A stretch of DNA of 64,000 bases from Squalus acanthias (GCA_030390025.1 CM059432.1:137084001-137148000); one strand, 5' to 3'. Positions 23,340 through 36,879 are shown, counted from the stretch's first letter. Translations and numbers: made by a program. Notes: a model not told the origin generated them from the sequence alone.

Positions 23340-26132
23340 TCAACAACAACAACAACAACAACTTGTATTTTTATATAGCGCCTTTAACGTAGTAAAACAT
23401 CCCAAGGCGCTTCACATCAGTGTCATAAAACAAAATTTGACACCGAGCCACATAAGGATAAATTAGGGCAGGTGACCAAAAGCTTGGTCAAAGAGGTAGG
23501 TTTTAAGGAACATCTTAAAGGAGGAGAGAGAGGTAGAGAGTCAGAGAGGTTTAGGGAGGGAATTCCAGAGCTTAGGGCCCAGGCAGCTGAAGGCACGGCC
23601 GCCAACGATTAAGTGATTATAATCAGGGATGCTCAAGAGGCCAGAATTAGAGGAGCGCAGATATCTCGGGGGGTTGTGGGGCTGAAGGAGATTACAGAGA
23701 TAGGGAGGGGCGAGGTCATGGAGGGATTTGAAAACAAGGATAAGAATTTTAAAATCAAGACATTGCTTAACCGGGAGCCAATGTAGGTCAGCGAGACTTG
23801 GTGCAAGTTAGGACATGGGCAGCCGAGTTTTGGATGACCTCAAGTTTACGTAGGGTAGAATGTGGTAGGCCAGCCAGGAGTGCGTTGGAATAGTCAAGTC
23901 TAGAGGTAACAAAGGCATGGGTGAGGGTTTCAGCAGCGGATGAGCTGAGGCAGGGGTGGAGACGGGCGATGTTACGGAGGTGGAAATAGGCGGTCTTAGT
24001 TATGTGCGGATATGTGGTCAGAAGCTCATTTCAGGGTCAAATATGACACCAAGGTTGCGGACAGTGTGATTCAGCCTCAGACAGTTGCTAGAGAGACGGA
24101 TGGACTCAGTGGCTAGGGAACGGAGTTTGTGGCGGGGACAGAAGACAATGGTTTCGATCTTCCCAATATTTAATTGGAGGAAATTTCTGCTCATCCAGTA
24201 CTGGATGTCGGACAAGCAGTCTGACATTGTAGTGACAGTGGAGGGGTCAAGAGAAGAATTAGTGAGGTAGAGCTGGGTGTCGTCAGCGTACGTGTGGAAA
24301 CTGACACTGTGTTTTCGGATGATGTCGCCGAGGGGCAGCATGTAGATGAGATATAGGAGGGAGCCAAGGATAGATCCTTGGGGGACACCAGAGGTAACGA
24401 TGCGGGAGTGGGAAGAGAAGCCATTGCAGGTGATTCCCTGGCTACGATTAGATAGATAAGAATGGAACCAGACGAGTGCAATCCCACCCAGCTGGACGAT
24501 GGTGGAGAGGCGTTGGAAGAGGATGGAGTGGTTAACTGTGTCAAAGACTGCAGACAGGTTGAGAAGGACGAGGAGGGATAGTTTACCTTTGTCACAGTCA
24601 CAAAGGATGGAATTTGTGACTTTGATGAGAGCCGTTTCGGTACTGTGGCAGGGGCGGAAACCTGATTGGAGGGATTCAGACATGGAGTTCAGGGAAAGAT
24701 TGGCATGGTTTGGGAGGCGACAACACATTCAAGGACTTTGGAGAGAAAAGGGAAGTTGCAGATGGGGCATAGTTTGCAAGGATGGAGGGGGTCAAGGGTT
24801 GTTTTTTTGAGGAGATTGGTGATGACAGCAGATTTAAAGGAGAAAGGGACAGTTCCTGAGGAGAGAGAACCGTTAACGATGTCAGCTAACATGGGAGCCA
24901 GAAACGGAAGTTGGGTGGTCAGCACTTTAGTGGGAATAGGGTCGAGTGAGCAGGAGGTGGGTCTCACGGACAAGATGAGCGCAGAGAGGTCATGAGGGGA
25001 GATCGGAGAGAAACTGGAGAAAGATGTGAGTTCACGGCTAGGGCAGGGGGGAACCTTAGAAGAAGTTTGGCCCAGTGGGCGAGGGGAAGGAAGGGAAGTG
25101 GCAGAGGCAGCTGAACGGATGGTCTCAATCTTAGAGACAAAGAAGTCCATGAGCTCCTCACATTTGTTGTTGGAGGTGAGGATGGAGGACACAGGGGAGA
25201 GGGGTTTAAGAAGACAGGTAGCAGTCGAGAAAAGAAGCTGGGATTATCTTTGCATTCCAGAATGATCCTGGAATAGTGAGCAGTTTTGGCAGGCGAGAGC
25301 AAGACCTGATAATGCTTTATGTGGTCCAGCCAGATCTGACAGTGAATGGTTAAACCAGTTGTCCGCCATATCCTTTCGAGTCTGCGTCCCTTGGACTTAA
25401 GGGAGTGAAGATGAGAGCCGTACCGGGGGAACGGCCAGGGTGAGAGAGGGTAATTGTTTTAATAGGGACTAGGGCATCAGAGGTGGTGGTGAGGGGGTGG
25501 TTGAGCAGATCGGTAGTTGCAGAAATATCATGGTGAATGGAGGGACAAATGCTGGACAGTTGGGATTTTATAAGTGCAGTTGTAAGTGAGTTGGGAGAGA
25601 GTTTTTTCCAGGGGCAGACACAGAAGGAAGTAGAGTTGGGGGGGTGGGAAGGGGGATGTGGGTGGAGAGCGATACAACAAAGTGGTCAGAGATGGCCTTA
25701 TCTGTGATTGACAAGATCGGAGTAACGAGGCCACAGGAGAATGCAAGCTCAAGGGGGTGACCGTGAATATGGGTTGGGGAGTTCACATGGAGGGAGAGAT
25801 TAAGAGAGGATAGGAGGGTAGTGAACTCAGAGGAGAGAGAGCATGATGAATTGAGATGGAGGTTGAAATCACCGAGGACGAGAAGCTGCTCGGTGCTGAG
25901 GAAGGAAAGCAGTGAAGATATCTCGATGATAACATTTTTATGGTACTTGTGTGTGCGGTAGAGAATGAGAATTTTAAATTGAGAGATGAGAGGAGTGGAA
26001 CAAGGTGAGATGCTCAAAGGAGGAGAAAGTGGCGGAGGAGTAGGGGGACAGACCAAGGTGTGATTTGGTGATGAGAGCCACAGCGCCCCCACGGCAGTCT
26101 GGGCGGGGCAAGTGGTGGAAGGTATAGCCAGG
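23340..26132 (-). mobile_element. L2 LINE, ~2.8 kb, 5'-truncated (APE endonuclease plus RT, frameshifted)
   Basis: LVLGDFNLH..ISDH (APE); [34 protein letters not shown] (RT); (caa)n tail. Confidence 0.95.
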
Positions 26133-26639
26133 CATTAAAATCTCACGGACCAAGTCTAACTTAGCCATGACACCATTCCATTAAGCAGCAGCACACAACA
26201 AAGCACTGAAGACTAAGAAAGGCCATTCGAATGCAATCTCGCACCATTGCCCCGTGAAGCCGAGGGGCTAAAGTGGTCTGTGTGCGACCGTGTGAATTCA
26301 GATCAAAATGAGTTCCGATCACTTTGCAATTGAGAAGTTATATTTTATTTTAAAATAGAATCAAATCGAACCAGGTATGTATTTGTACAAGTTAGACCCC
26401 GTCATGCGCTATGCACTGAGGACACCTGCTGGCTGGGCCTCCCAAACACAGCTAGGTAGCAGCACTGCACCAGTTATTGAAGGAAATTAGAATCCACCAT
26501 TCACAAAGCCCTTTGTCTTTGCAGCTTTTCATGAATTGCGTCCTTCATGTTTTTTTTTTAAATAGCAGCAAAACGTCACGAGTTGGTTAAGTATTTTTAA
26601 ATTTTCTTTGTTTCATTCCATTGTTGGATAAAACCAGAA

Positions 26640-26762
26640 AATGACATTGAATGTACAGCACAGAAACAGGCCATTCGGCCCAACTGGTCCATGCCGGTGT
26701 TTATGCTCCACACGAGCCTCCTCCCACCCTAATTCATCTCACCCTATCAGCACATCCTTCTA
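26640..26762 (-). mobile_element. CR1 3' UTR fragment
   Basis: gaatgtacagcacagaaacaggccattcggccc; matches 35779-35900. Confidence 0.75.
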
Positions 26763-26989
26763 CAATAGATTGCATTTGACGTGGAAAAATATAAGACTTC
26801 TTTAATTTTTCTGCAGAGACGTCATCATAAATCTGTTGCCGGGAGGAGGCAAACACTGAGCCATAAGAACACAGGTCCCGTAAACACCTTAAGCCCCTTA
26901 ACCACTTAGCTTACTTTCACTATTTGTTTCACAGTTCCAAATGCCATTTCAAGGACCAGATGCTGGAGGGATAGGACCCTATTTATTGT

Positions 26990-27128
26990 TTTTTTAAAAT
27001 TAATTCTTGGGATCTGGGCGTCGCTGGCAAGGCCAGCATTTATTGCCCCTCCCTAGCTGCCCCTGGAGAAGGTGGAGGTGGGCCTTCTTCTTGAACCGCT
27101 GCAGTCCGTGTGGTGAAGGTGCTCCCAC
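26990..27128 (-). mobile_element. 3' end of the second CR1-group family
   Basis: Reverse complement of ~37250-37385. Confidence 0.75.
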
Positions 27129-27499
27129 GTTTGTTGGAGGTTGGTGACTGAGCTATGTGTCTGATTTATATTCATTGATATTTTATCCTCTGTTGGTTTT
27201 TATTTATTTTGTTGGTCATTCACTAGGAAGAGAAAGATTTGCAGAGGTGAACGAATGCATAGGATCTGGTCTCATGAATAAGAGCCTTTTATCTTTAAGT
27301 ACTTAACTATATTTCTCCTCACCACCCGCCCTCCATGCAAAATTCCCCCATCTATAAGCCATGTACCTTTCTGGCCAAAAGCCCAGCACACGTAGGCCTT
27401 TCAGTCCCTCCAAGGGAAGAGTGATCTACTCCAGGTGAGAAAAAAAAACTGAAGAAGGTTTTGGGGAGGGAGGAGGAAAAATTAAACAAGTAAATGGGA

Positions 27500-27933
27500 A
27501 CATAGGAAGGAATATAGTAACTGGAGTAGGACATTCAGCCCCTTGAGCCTGTTCCACCATTCAATTCGATCATGGCTGATCTATATCTTAACTCCATCTA
27601 CCCACCTTGGATCCATAACCCTTAATACCCTCGCCTAACAAACATCTATCAATCTCAGTTTTGAAATTTTCAATTGACCCTCGGCCTCAACAGCTTTTTT
27701 GGGGAGAGAGTTCCAGATTTCCACTACCCTTTGTGTGAAGAAGTGCTTCCTGACATCAGCCCTGAATGGCCGAGCTCTAATTTTAAGGTTAAGCCCCCTT
27801 GTTCGGGACTCTCCCGCCAGAGGAAAGAGTTTCTCTCTATCCACCCTCTCAACTCAATTAGATCACCGCTTAATCTTCTGTACACAAGGGAATACAAGCC
27901 TAGTCTATGCAACTTGTCCTCATAATTTAACCC
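27500..27933 (-). mobile_element. CR1 3' fragment
   Basis: DREKLFPLAGESRTRG..KHFFTQRVVEIWNSLP. Confidence 0.87.
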
Positions 27934-28422
27934 TTAAGCCCCTAAAGGACTTGCACCTCAAGAAAATCTATCATGGGAGATATAGCAGAAAAATGAAAAC
28001 AATAGCTGGGAAAGGGAGAATTTTGAAGAGAGAAGAGCAAACAAGTCTCTGAAGCAAATTTTGCAACGTCTTCGGTAAATAGTATTACAAATATTACAGG
28101 CTAGAAACTGGTGCTGGTGATGCTACCATATAAAGGCCTCCAACAATGATGCTCAGTAGCTACCCCGTAGCTGGAGTGAGTGACCCTCTGATTTTTCCCT
28201 ATCTCCCCGCACAGAAGCAGTTATTTTACATTTGGCGCCTCCCTACGGCATCACGTCTATCATCGGGAGCTCAACGCGGAGATCGATAGATCGATAGGAA
28301 TCCACTCGCACAAACCACCAGATCTCTACAATCTCAGCAGTAGGGAGCCTTATTAAGACCACCATTTAAGACCACCAAGTCTTTACTTTCTTAATTATTT
28401 GAACTGTATTTGTATTAAGATA

Positions 28423-28635
28423 TGATGCGGAGATGCCGGTGTTGGACTGGAGTGGACAAAAATGAGAAGTCGCACAACACCAGGTTATAGTCCAACAGTT
28501 TTATTTGAAATCAAGAGCTTTCGGAGCGCTGCTCCTTCGTCAGGTGAAGTACCTGACGAAGGAGCAGCGCTCCGAAAGCTCTTGATTTCAAATAAAACTG
28601 TTGGACTATAACCTGGTGTTGTGCGACTTCTCATT
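28423..28635. mobile_element. Penelope-like palindromic mini-element (family A)
   Basis: 14-bp TSD tttgtattaagata (28409-28422 / 28636-28649); perfect ~90-bp arms 28456-28545 / 28551-28640; hammerhead in each arm. Confidence 0.88.
28511..28547 (-). ncRNA. Minimal hammerhead ribozyme motif (mirror copy on + at ~28551-28585)
   Basis: tcac-CTGACGA-a-ggagc(agc)gctcc-GAA-AGCT-C-ttga. Confidence 0.72.
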
Positions 28636-28727
28636 TTTGTATTAAGATACTAATAGATGTTCATGGGGATGTTTATACGCAGTCTCAGACCAGCTGTATA
28701 GTTTCTAGGGTGCTACCGCAGCTTAAG

Positions 28728-29182
28728 TGTGTCTCAGTGGGTAGCACTCTTGTGTCTGAGTCAGAAGGTCACAGGTTTAAGTCCCCACTCCATAAGCCTT
28801 AAGCACAATAAATCCAGGCTGACGCTCCAGTGCAGTGCTGAGGGAGTGCTGCACTGTCGGAGGTGCCGTCTTTCGGATGAGACGTTAAACCGAGGCACCA
28901 TCTGCTCTCTCAGGTGGATGCAAAAGATCCATGTCACTATTCGAAGAAGAGCAGGGGGAGTTCTCCCCGGTTTCCTGGCCAATATTTATCCCTCAACAAA
29001 CATCACTAAAAACAGATTATCTGGTCATTGTCACATTGCAGTTTGTGGGAGCTTGCTGTGCGCAAATTGGCTGCCGCGTTTCCTACATTGCAGCAGTGAC
29101 TACACTTCAAAAAGTACTTCATTGGCTGTAAAGTGCTTTGGGACCTCCTGTCGTGAAAGGCGCTATAGAAATGCAAGTTCTT
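28728..29182 (+). mobile_element. DeuSINE full length
   Basis: Head-to-tail match. Confidence 0.9.
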
Positions 29183-29312
29183 TAATGGATTTGTAGCTTT
29201 AGAAAAGAAATTCAAGCAATTGAATCGGTTTGGTTTTGTGAAGGTTCCTTGTTCTTGATTAGTAGCTTCCCATACATATCTGTACCTGAGTGTATCACCA
29301 TGCTTATCTTAG

Positions 29313-29549
29313 CAACAACAACAACTTGCATTTATATAGTGCCTTCAATGTAGTAAAACGTCCCAAGGCGCTTCACAGGAGCGTTATCAGAGAAAACTTG
29401 ACACCGAGCCACATAAGGAGCTATTAGGACTGGTGACCAAAAGCTTGGTCAAAGAGAAAGGTCTTAAGGAGCGTCTTAAAGGAGGAGAGAGAGGGAGCGA
29501 GGCGGAGAGGTTTAGGGAGGGAATTCCAGAGCTTAGGGCCCAGGCAGCT
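29313..29549 (-). mobile_element. L2 3' end
   Basis: (caa)n tail and L2 3' UTR. Confidence 0.87.
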
Positions 29550-30557
29550 CATTAGTTACTTGGGACAATCAGAAAAGTGTGAGGGATGACATTTCACATT
29601 TAATGCACGACATTTAAAGTGTGAAGCAAGCTATAAATAAGACATTTAATTATGTAGCTGTACCTATAGTCTAGTAAATTGAGGTAATTTGATATAAGTT
29701 CTGGGCTTTTTTTGATTGCAGGAATTATTGTGGCAGATGCTGGTGGCCAGACTTTAGATACCTGATACTATCAACACAGAAAAATAGATTTCTTTTTATT
29801 AAAGAATGCAGTCTCTATATACCATATTTCATTAAACTCTTGTGTAAGTATATTTTTCGGCTTTTCAGATAGGTATTTCAAAAATGCATTGAAAAAAATT
29901 TATTTTCTAGAATCTTCTTCATTTAAAAAAAAATACAGCATTTTTCATTTACATCTTCCCAGCTTTTTCCCTCCACCTCATCACTCAACAGTCTACCAGC
30001 CGACTGTGTGGTTGGGAAGAATCGTGAGGCAAAGAGCGTGGTCGGCCAGCAGTACAGTGTCCAGACCCGGCCTTGCTGATATCGATCCCTGTGTGCAAAA
30101 GTACAAAAATCGTTCAAACAAATCAATTGTGTGAAGCGCTGTTTGCTGAATTCACCGCGTACATGTATTTAATCTCACACTGCTGCTCCTTTCGGTATGG
30201 CTGTGCCTGTGCATAATATCAAGTCACACAGATGGTGAGGAGGCTTGAAGAAGAAATTGCAAGACCTCTCATTCTGAAGCACGCTTTCAATCTTTTTGAT
30301 TTGTTCCTGTTTGTGTGCAAGATTGGCATATGTTTTTTTATAAATTCCCTGTCGGGAAAAGTATGGTCCCACATTTCCGGAATTGAGGCAATTGAGTTTC
30401 CTGCATTTGGGGGAAATTCTCCAGATCATCTTCATCACCGTCATATTAACATCCATTTTCATAGTACCTTTAATGTAAGCAAGTCCCAAGGCACTCCACA
30501 GATAGGTGAAAGGAGAACGGACACTGTTTCACCCATGGAGAAGCACCTTCATCATCA

Positions 30558-30820
30558 CAGAGAGAAAGAGAGATAGAAAGGGAAAGTGAGAGAGAAAGAG
30601 AAAGTGAGAAAGTCAGAGAGAGATAGTAAGAGAGAGCAATAGAGAGAGAAAGAAAGAGAGAGAAAGAAAGAAAGAGAGAAAGTAATAGAGAGAAAGTGAG
30701 AGAGAGAAAAAGTAAGCGAAAGAGAGAGAGACAGTAAGAGAGAGCGATAGAGAGAGAAATTAAGAGAAGGAAAGAGAGAGAGAAAGAGAGAAAGAGAAAG
30801 AATAGAAAGAAAAAAAGAAA
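30558..30820. repeat. GA-rich polypurine low-complexity tract
   Basis: ~260 bp of almost only A/G, ending at a SINE tail fragment (30820-30905). Confidence 0.9.
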
Positions 30821-31306
30821 GGCCATTCACGACCGCAGGACGACCCAAAGCACTTTACAGCCAATTAAGTAATTTTGAAGTATAGTCACTGTGGTAATGT
30901 AGGAATATCTCTTCTGCTAGGTAAGAATGGCAGTAATTTTTTATAGTGTTTTATATTTTTCTGTTAGTCAATGCATACTTCATGAACCCTGATATGTTGC
31001 TACAGTTCTTAAATTATTCAAACCCATTTTTTTCAGGGATAGTCAGTAAAGTTTTGCAAAGGGCCATAATCGTGAACAGTGACTTGCCCAAGGGTAGCTC
31101 CAACACATCCACCATGAAGCAACTCCATTTGCTGTTTATTTTTAAAATAAAATGTATTTTCTTACACAAGTTTCATTTTCCAATCTCAGCTCCAGCAATA
31201 CCCCAGAGCTTGTAGTTTAGCAATTCAGACCCAGGGCACACGGAGCAGTAGATGTGCTGAAGGGGATGATGGGGAGATGGCTGCATGCACGCCTAGATGA
31301 GATTAT

Positions 31307-32402
31307 GGGCTGAATTTTAATGGGGAAGGCGGGTTGGGAGCGGGGGGGGGAATCTCCGAAGCGGACGGGAAACGCGGTAGAATGGGTTTCCCAGAAGCCC
31401 TGCCAAATTTAACGGCAGGGCCTGATTTGAATGAGATGCGTCTGTTTCCCGCCTGCAGCCAGCCAGATTGAGAGGCTGGCTGGCTCCGGGCAGGTAGGCC
31501 TGCGGCACTAGGCTGCACAGAAGAGGGAGGGAGGGACCACGTGGGGGGCCAGGAGCAGCCGGAGGAGTGGGGGGGGGGGGGCCAATGAAAGATTGCGGGC
31601 CGGGAGAAGCACAGGGCAGGGGATTTGATGAAAGATTGTGGGCTGGGGGGAACACAGGGCAGGGGAGTCGATGAAAGATCATGGGCTGGGGGGAACACAG
31701 GGCAGGGGAGTCGATGAAAGATCGTGGGCTGGGGGGAGCATTGCGGGATGGGGGGTTGCTGGATGATCGTGGGCCGAAGGAGCGGGGTGAGGGGGGTCTC
31801 CCAAAGGTCGAGATCACAGGCCGGCTGGAGGAGCGGGGTGTGGGGGTGCGGGGGGGATCTGAAGGGATCGGGGCCGGGAGCAGCATGGGGAGAGCCAGAG
31901 GAGTGTGGGAGGGGGAACTCATGGGGGGATTGGATACCTGGCTGGGATGGGGGGGGGGGGGTGCAGTAAGCCTCGTGGGGGGATCGGAGGCCTGGGGCAT
32001 GCGATTGGTGGCCTGGGGGGGAATCGGAGGCCTCGTTGGGGGGTCTCCGATCGCAGGGCAGGGACCCTGGATTCAGGAAGTAAGTGTAAAGACGCTTACC
32101 TCCTGGATCCAGCAGTCTTCGCCTTGCATTAGCTGGCGGTTTTCACGAGGCGACTAAACCAAACCAGCTAACGTTAAATACAAAATGGAGGTTAAAGCAG
32201 AGGATTCCAGCCTCATTATAATATTTAAATAGACGGCCCTCCTCCTGGCAGTGTATTGGCTGCCCGCCCCCCCCCGTCCCGCCTCCGTTGAAACTGTAAG
32301 TGGGCGGGTTGGAGGCGGGTTCAGGTCGGGATTCAGATTTTTAACACTTTAACTACCCCCACACCCCCAACCTACCTGTTCTTTTAGGTTAAAATTCCCC
32401 CC
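31307..32402. mobile_element. GC-rich Harbinger-type MITE with an internal minisatellite
   Basis: TIR gggctgaattttaa / ttaaaattcccccc; flanks tat/aat; ~43-45-bp tandem unit at ~31580-31740. Confidence 0.75.
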
Positions 32403-32640
32403 AATGAATGCCACTTTTTTATAATACACAAGTGGTTATGAAATCGTTGTACTGATAAGTGGTTACAGTGTTGTAAAGTCTGCTGTGGCTGTGGAGTTCA
32501 ACCGTAGCTACAAAAAACTGGTGGTTTCCCGACATTAGCGGTAGATGTAATGTCATGTAACAGGATGGGAAGGGTGCAGTTATGATGGAAAACCTCAGGT
32601 GTATGTGAGATGCAGAACCAATAATGCAGGAAATTCTTTC

Positions 32641-32758
32641 GAAAGAAAGACTTGCATTTATATAGTGCCTTTCACGAAAAGTACTTCACTGGCTGTAAAG
32701 CGCTTCGGGCCGTCCTGAGGTCATGAAAGGTGCTATATAAGTGCAAGTTCATTCTTTC
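32641..32758. repeat. Two DeuSINE tails in inverted arrangement
   Basis: gaaagaaagacttgcatttatatagtgcctttca ... tgaaaggtgctatataagtgcaagttcattctttc. Confidence 0.75.
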
Positions 32759-33477
32759 AATGCAGTTCCCCTTTAAGGATCAATATTAACAATGCACAGT
32801 GTATACATTTTGAGATGCTTTTCTGTTTTTATTAACGTTAAAGACATAGTAACTGTCCAGGACAGAAACATGGAGATACATTAAGCATCTTGCTTTCATG
32901 CATTCATTGTTACTTGACAGATTTCATTTCCCCACCGCGCCGCCCCCTCCCCGCCCCCCACAATAGTCATAGAGAAATGAAATGCATTGATGTTGTTCTA
33001 TTATTCTAGGGTTGAAAATGTTACAGGATAGAAATTGAAAACCCTTGAGAAAGACTTAAAGCATAAACAAAGAGGAGAAATGGGACATTATGAAATGAAA
33101 AGTGATTTTACTGCAGCTGCTAGCCTTTTGAGAAAAAAAAATGCGAAATAGCTTTTTATTACAAGCATAATGAGCTTTCTTTCTTTCTTGTCACATGCTG
33201 TCAAATTTTATTACTGCAAAAGAATATTTGGTACTATAAAATATACAACGATATTAAAGGTGCATATGTTTGGAAAAGGTTACATTTATCATTGATTATT
33301 GTCCCATGCTGTCATCTTTCCCTCAAGAGAACCCCTCCCAGATGCCCTGATAATAATGCAAAGTTCACTTGCTTTAACAATGAAGATATAAAGGATTAAA
33401 TTACTGAAAGAAAACTTATATGAAGAGCGATCGCCCAACCTATCTTTATTTCAAATTCTCATTCTCATTCTCATACT

Positions 33478-33820
33478 TCCATGGCCTCACCCACCTTCCT
33501 ATCTCTGTAACCTCCTCCAGCCCTACAACCCTCCGAAATCTCTGTGTTCCTCCAGTTCTGGCCTCTTGCGCATATTTTCATCGCTCCACCATTGGCGGCC
33601 GTGCCTTCAGCTGCCTGGGCCCTAAGCCCTAGAATTCCCTCCCTAAACCTCTCCGCTTCTCTACCTCTCTCTTCTCCTTTAAGACACGCCTTAAAACCTA
33701 CTTACCTTTCTAATATCTCCTTATGTGGCTCAGTGTCAAATTTTGTCTGATAGCGCTCCTGTGCAGCACCTTTGAGATGTTTTACTATGTTAAAGGTGCT
33801 ATATAAAGGCAAGTTGTTGT
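33478..33820 (+). mobile_element. L2 3' end
   Basis: TIGGRAFSCLGP; ttgttgt tail. Confidence 0.87.
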
Positions 33821-33925
33821 TTTTCTTAAATGGTCTCCACAATTTGATGAACTTTGATGTCTCGTCTATGAGAGTATATCAGCTACCGAGGATGGGTTTA
33901 CATTAAAAAACAAATACATTTGATG

Positions 33926-34397
33926 AACATAAGAACATAAGAAATAGGAGCAGGAATAGGCCACTTGGCCCCTCGAGCCTGCTCCGCCATTCAATAAGAT
34001 CATGGCTGATCTTGGGCTCAAAGCCACTTCCCAGCCCGCTCCCCATAACCCTTCACTCCCTTATCTTGCAAAAATCTGTCTATCTCTACCTTAAATGTAT
34101 TTAATGACCCAGCCTCCATGGCTCTCTGGGGCAGAGAATTCCACAGATTTACGACCCTCTGAGAGAAGAAATTCCTCCTCATCTCAGTTCTAAAAGGGCG
34201 ACCCTTTATTCTGAAACTATGCCTCCGAGTTCTAGATTTCCCCACGAGGGGAAACGTCCTCTCTGCATCTACCTTGTCGAGCGCCCTCAGTATCTTATAT
34301 GTTTCAATAAGATCACCTCTCATTCTTCTAAAATCCAATGAGTATAGGCCCAACCTGCTCAACCTTTCTTCATAAGCCAACCCCCTCATCTCAGGAA
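33926..34397 (-). mobile_element. CR1 3' fragment
   Basis: ORF 34018-34389 RRMRGDLIETYKIL; (aacataag)n tail. Confidence 0.92.
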
Positions 34398-34792
34398 TGA
34401 GCTCCGACTATGACTATCTGATGGACACTCATGGTATATGACCTACTTTCTAATTCAATGGGCAGACTATTGAAAAGTCAAACTACTTGTCAGATGTATC
34501 TTTGAACCAAAAGTTGATGTTTCAGTGGTTTGTCTACTAATGTCCATTAACTTATGTACATATGAGCAAAAACAAGGGAAGCAAATGGCTTAAAATAGCA
34601 TCTAATTATATATCTACTAATAGTGAATCATAATATAAATCATCTATATTTAAAATTCAGGTGAAATTGCGCAATGCAATATTAGCATACAAATGCATTA
34701 GCACTTTCATATGAAATTCCTCTGGCCGCTATTTTAAGGATGATGGATAAATGGATTCATATCTTTGTCAAAATAGCAGCCAGAGAAATTTC

Positions 34793-35340
34793 AACAACAA
34801 CTTGCATTGATATACTGCCTTTATCATAGACAGAACAGTCCCAAGTGCTTCTCAGAGGTGTAATCAGGAATAAATTGTCGCTGAGCCAAAGAAGGAGATA
34901 TCAGGAGGAGTGACTAAAGCTTGGTCAAAGAGTTGGTTTGTCTTAAAGGAGGAGAGTGGATTGGAGAGGTAAAGGGGAATTCCAGATCATGGGGTGTAGG
35001 TGGTTAAAGGTCCTGCTGCTAATGGTGGGACCAGGTGGGGTGGGGGAGGCTGCATGAGAGGCTAGGGTCAGAGGAACGGAGAGTTCTGGGCAGGCTGCAG
35101 AGCTGGAGGAGGTTACAGAGGGGGGGCGAGGCCATGGAGGGATCTAAACACAAGGCTGAGCATTTTAAATTTGAGGTGTTGGGGATCTGAAACCAATGTG
35201 GGTCAACGAGAGCAGGGTGCGAAGGGTGAGTGTGACTTAGTGCGGGAGAAGACAGGGACAGCAGAGTTTGGGATGAGCTGAAGTTTACAGAGGATGGAGA
35301 ATGGAAGACCGGCTAGAAGAGCATTGCAATAGTCAAGTTT
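34793..35340 (-). mobile_element. Older L2 3' fragment
   Basis: KLDYCNALLAGLP; caacaacaac tail. Confidence 0.8.
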
Positions 35341-35778
35341 GTTTACTGATATTACATAGCATGCTTTGACCTCAAATATTCTTAAAGTCATGGTATAACA
35401 AATTTGAAAGATAAAACTTCACTTAAGAGATGGTAATAAAGCGATTGCTGTTAATTATTAGTGTGGAAAATGTATATATTCTAGTTTTACATAAGAAGCC
35501 TTGCAGTCAGACATTATTAAAAGGCAAGTCCTCGTAAAAATACACATTTGGCAGCAGTGGTTTATGAAAAATGATCTGGCATCAACATGTGCATATCTGA
35601 CCACCATTACGAGGAAGTTATGTTGACCAAGACACCAGTGACGTACGGCTCCTATTTTAACTCAGGGCGTGAGTCCGGTGTGTAACGGCCAAGACAAGTG
35701 GGGGTAATCACTACCCGGCTGTTAGGAACCCCAGAAAAATGATGTAAGTGGCATTTACACAGTTTATCCACAGCTCTT

Positions 35779-36362
35779 ACATAGAATGACATAGAATGTA
35801 CAGCACAGAAATAGGCCATTCAGCCCAACTGGTCTATGCCGGTGTTTATGCTCCACACGAGACTCCACCCACCCCTCTTCAGCTAACCATAACAGCATAT
35901 CCTGCTATTCCTTTCTCCCGCATGTACTTATCTAGATTTTCCATAAATGCATCTATGCTACTCGCCTCAACTACTCCTTGTGGTAGCGAGTTCCACATTC
36001 TCACCATTCTCTGAGTAAAGAAGTTTCTCCTGAATTCCCTATTGTATTTATTAGTAACTATTTTATATTTATGGCCCCTAGTTTTGGTCTCCTCACAATT
36101 GGAAACATCTTCTCTACGTCTACCTATCAAACTATTTCATAATCTGAAAGACCTCTATCGGGTCACCCCTCAGCCTTCTTTTTTCTCGAGAAAAGAGCCC
36201 CAGCCTGTTCAGTCTTTCCCAATAGGTGTAACCTCTCAGTTCTAGTATCATCCTTGTAAATCTTTATTGCACCTTCTCCAGTGCCTCGATACCCTTTTTA
36301 TAATATGGAGACCAGAACTGTTCACAATGCTCCAAGTGTGGTCCGACCAAGGTTCGATACAA
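35779..36362 (-). mobile_element. CR1 3' fragment
   Basis: TRGHKYKI..RRNFFTQRMVRMWNSLP; catagaat tail. Confidence 0.88.
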
Positions 36363-36879
36363 ATCTTCCTCCAGACCAGACATTCAAAGTAGATAAACCA
36401 CCCAAAAAATAATAAAAGGAACAGTTAATACCCAATTATAAGATATGTGTCTTGAAAAGTATGATCAAATGAAAGTGTTCGTTGATGGTAACAGTAGAGT
36501 GAGGGATATGCCGGGCCATGAGGTTACAGATTGTGGTGGAATTCAATTCTGCTGCTGCTGATGGCCCACAGCACCTCATGGATGCCCAGTGTGGAACAAC
36601 AACAACAACAATTTGTATTTATATAGCACTTTTAATGTAGTAAAACATCCGAAGGCGCTTCACAGGAGTGTTATAAAACAAAATTTGACACCAAGCCACA
36701 TAAGGAGAAATTTGGGCAGGTGACCAAAAGTTTAGTCAAAGAGGTAGGTTTTAAGGAGCGTCTTAAAGGAGAAAAGAGAGGTAGAGAGACAGAGAGGTTT
36801 AAGGATGGAATTCATGAGATTAGGGTCGAGGCAGCTGAAGGCACGGCCACCAATGGTTGATAGATTAAAATCAGGGATA

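Noticed and set aside
29721..29843. Possible plus-strand exon (ttgattgcag ... gtaagt)
   Set aside because: The one open frame is unrecognisable and AT-rich, with no partner exons
30470..30848. Hydrophobic Leu/Ser/Phe ORFs resembling membrane proteins
   Set aside because: They are translations of the CT/GA microsatellite
31303..32157. Pro/Gly-rich ORFs up to 227 aa
   Set aside because: They are stop-poor GC-rich MITE interior and minisatellite
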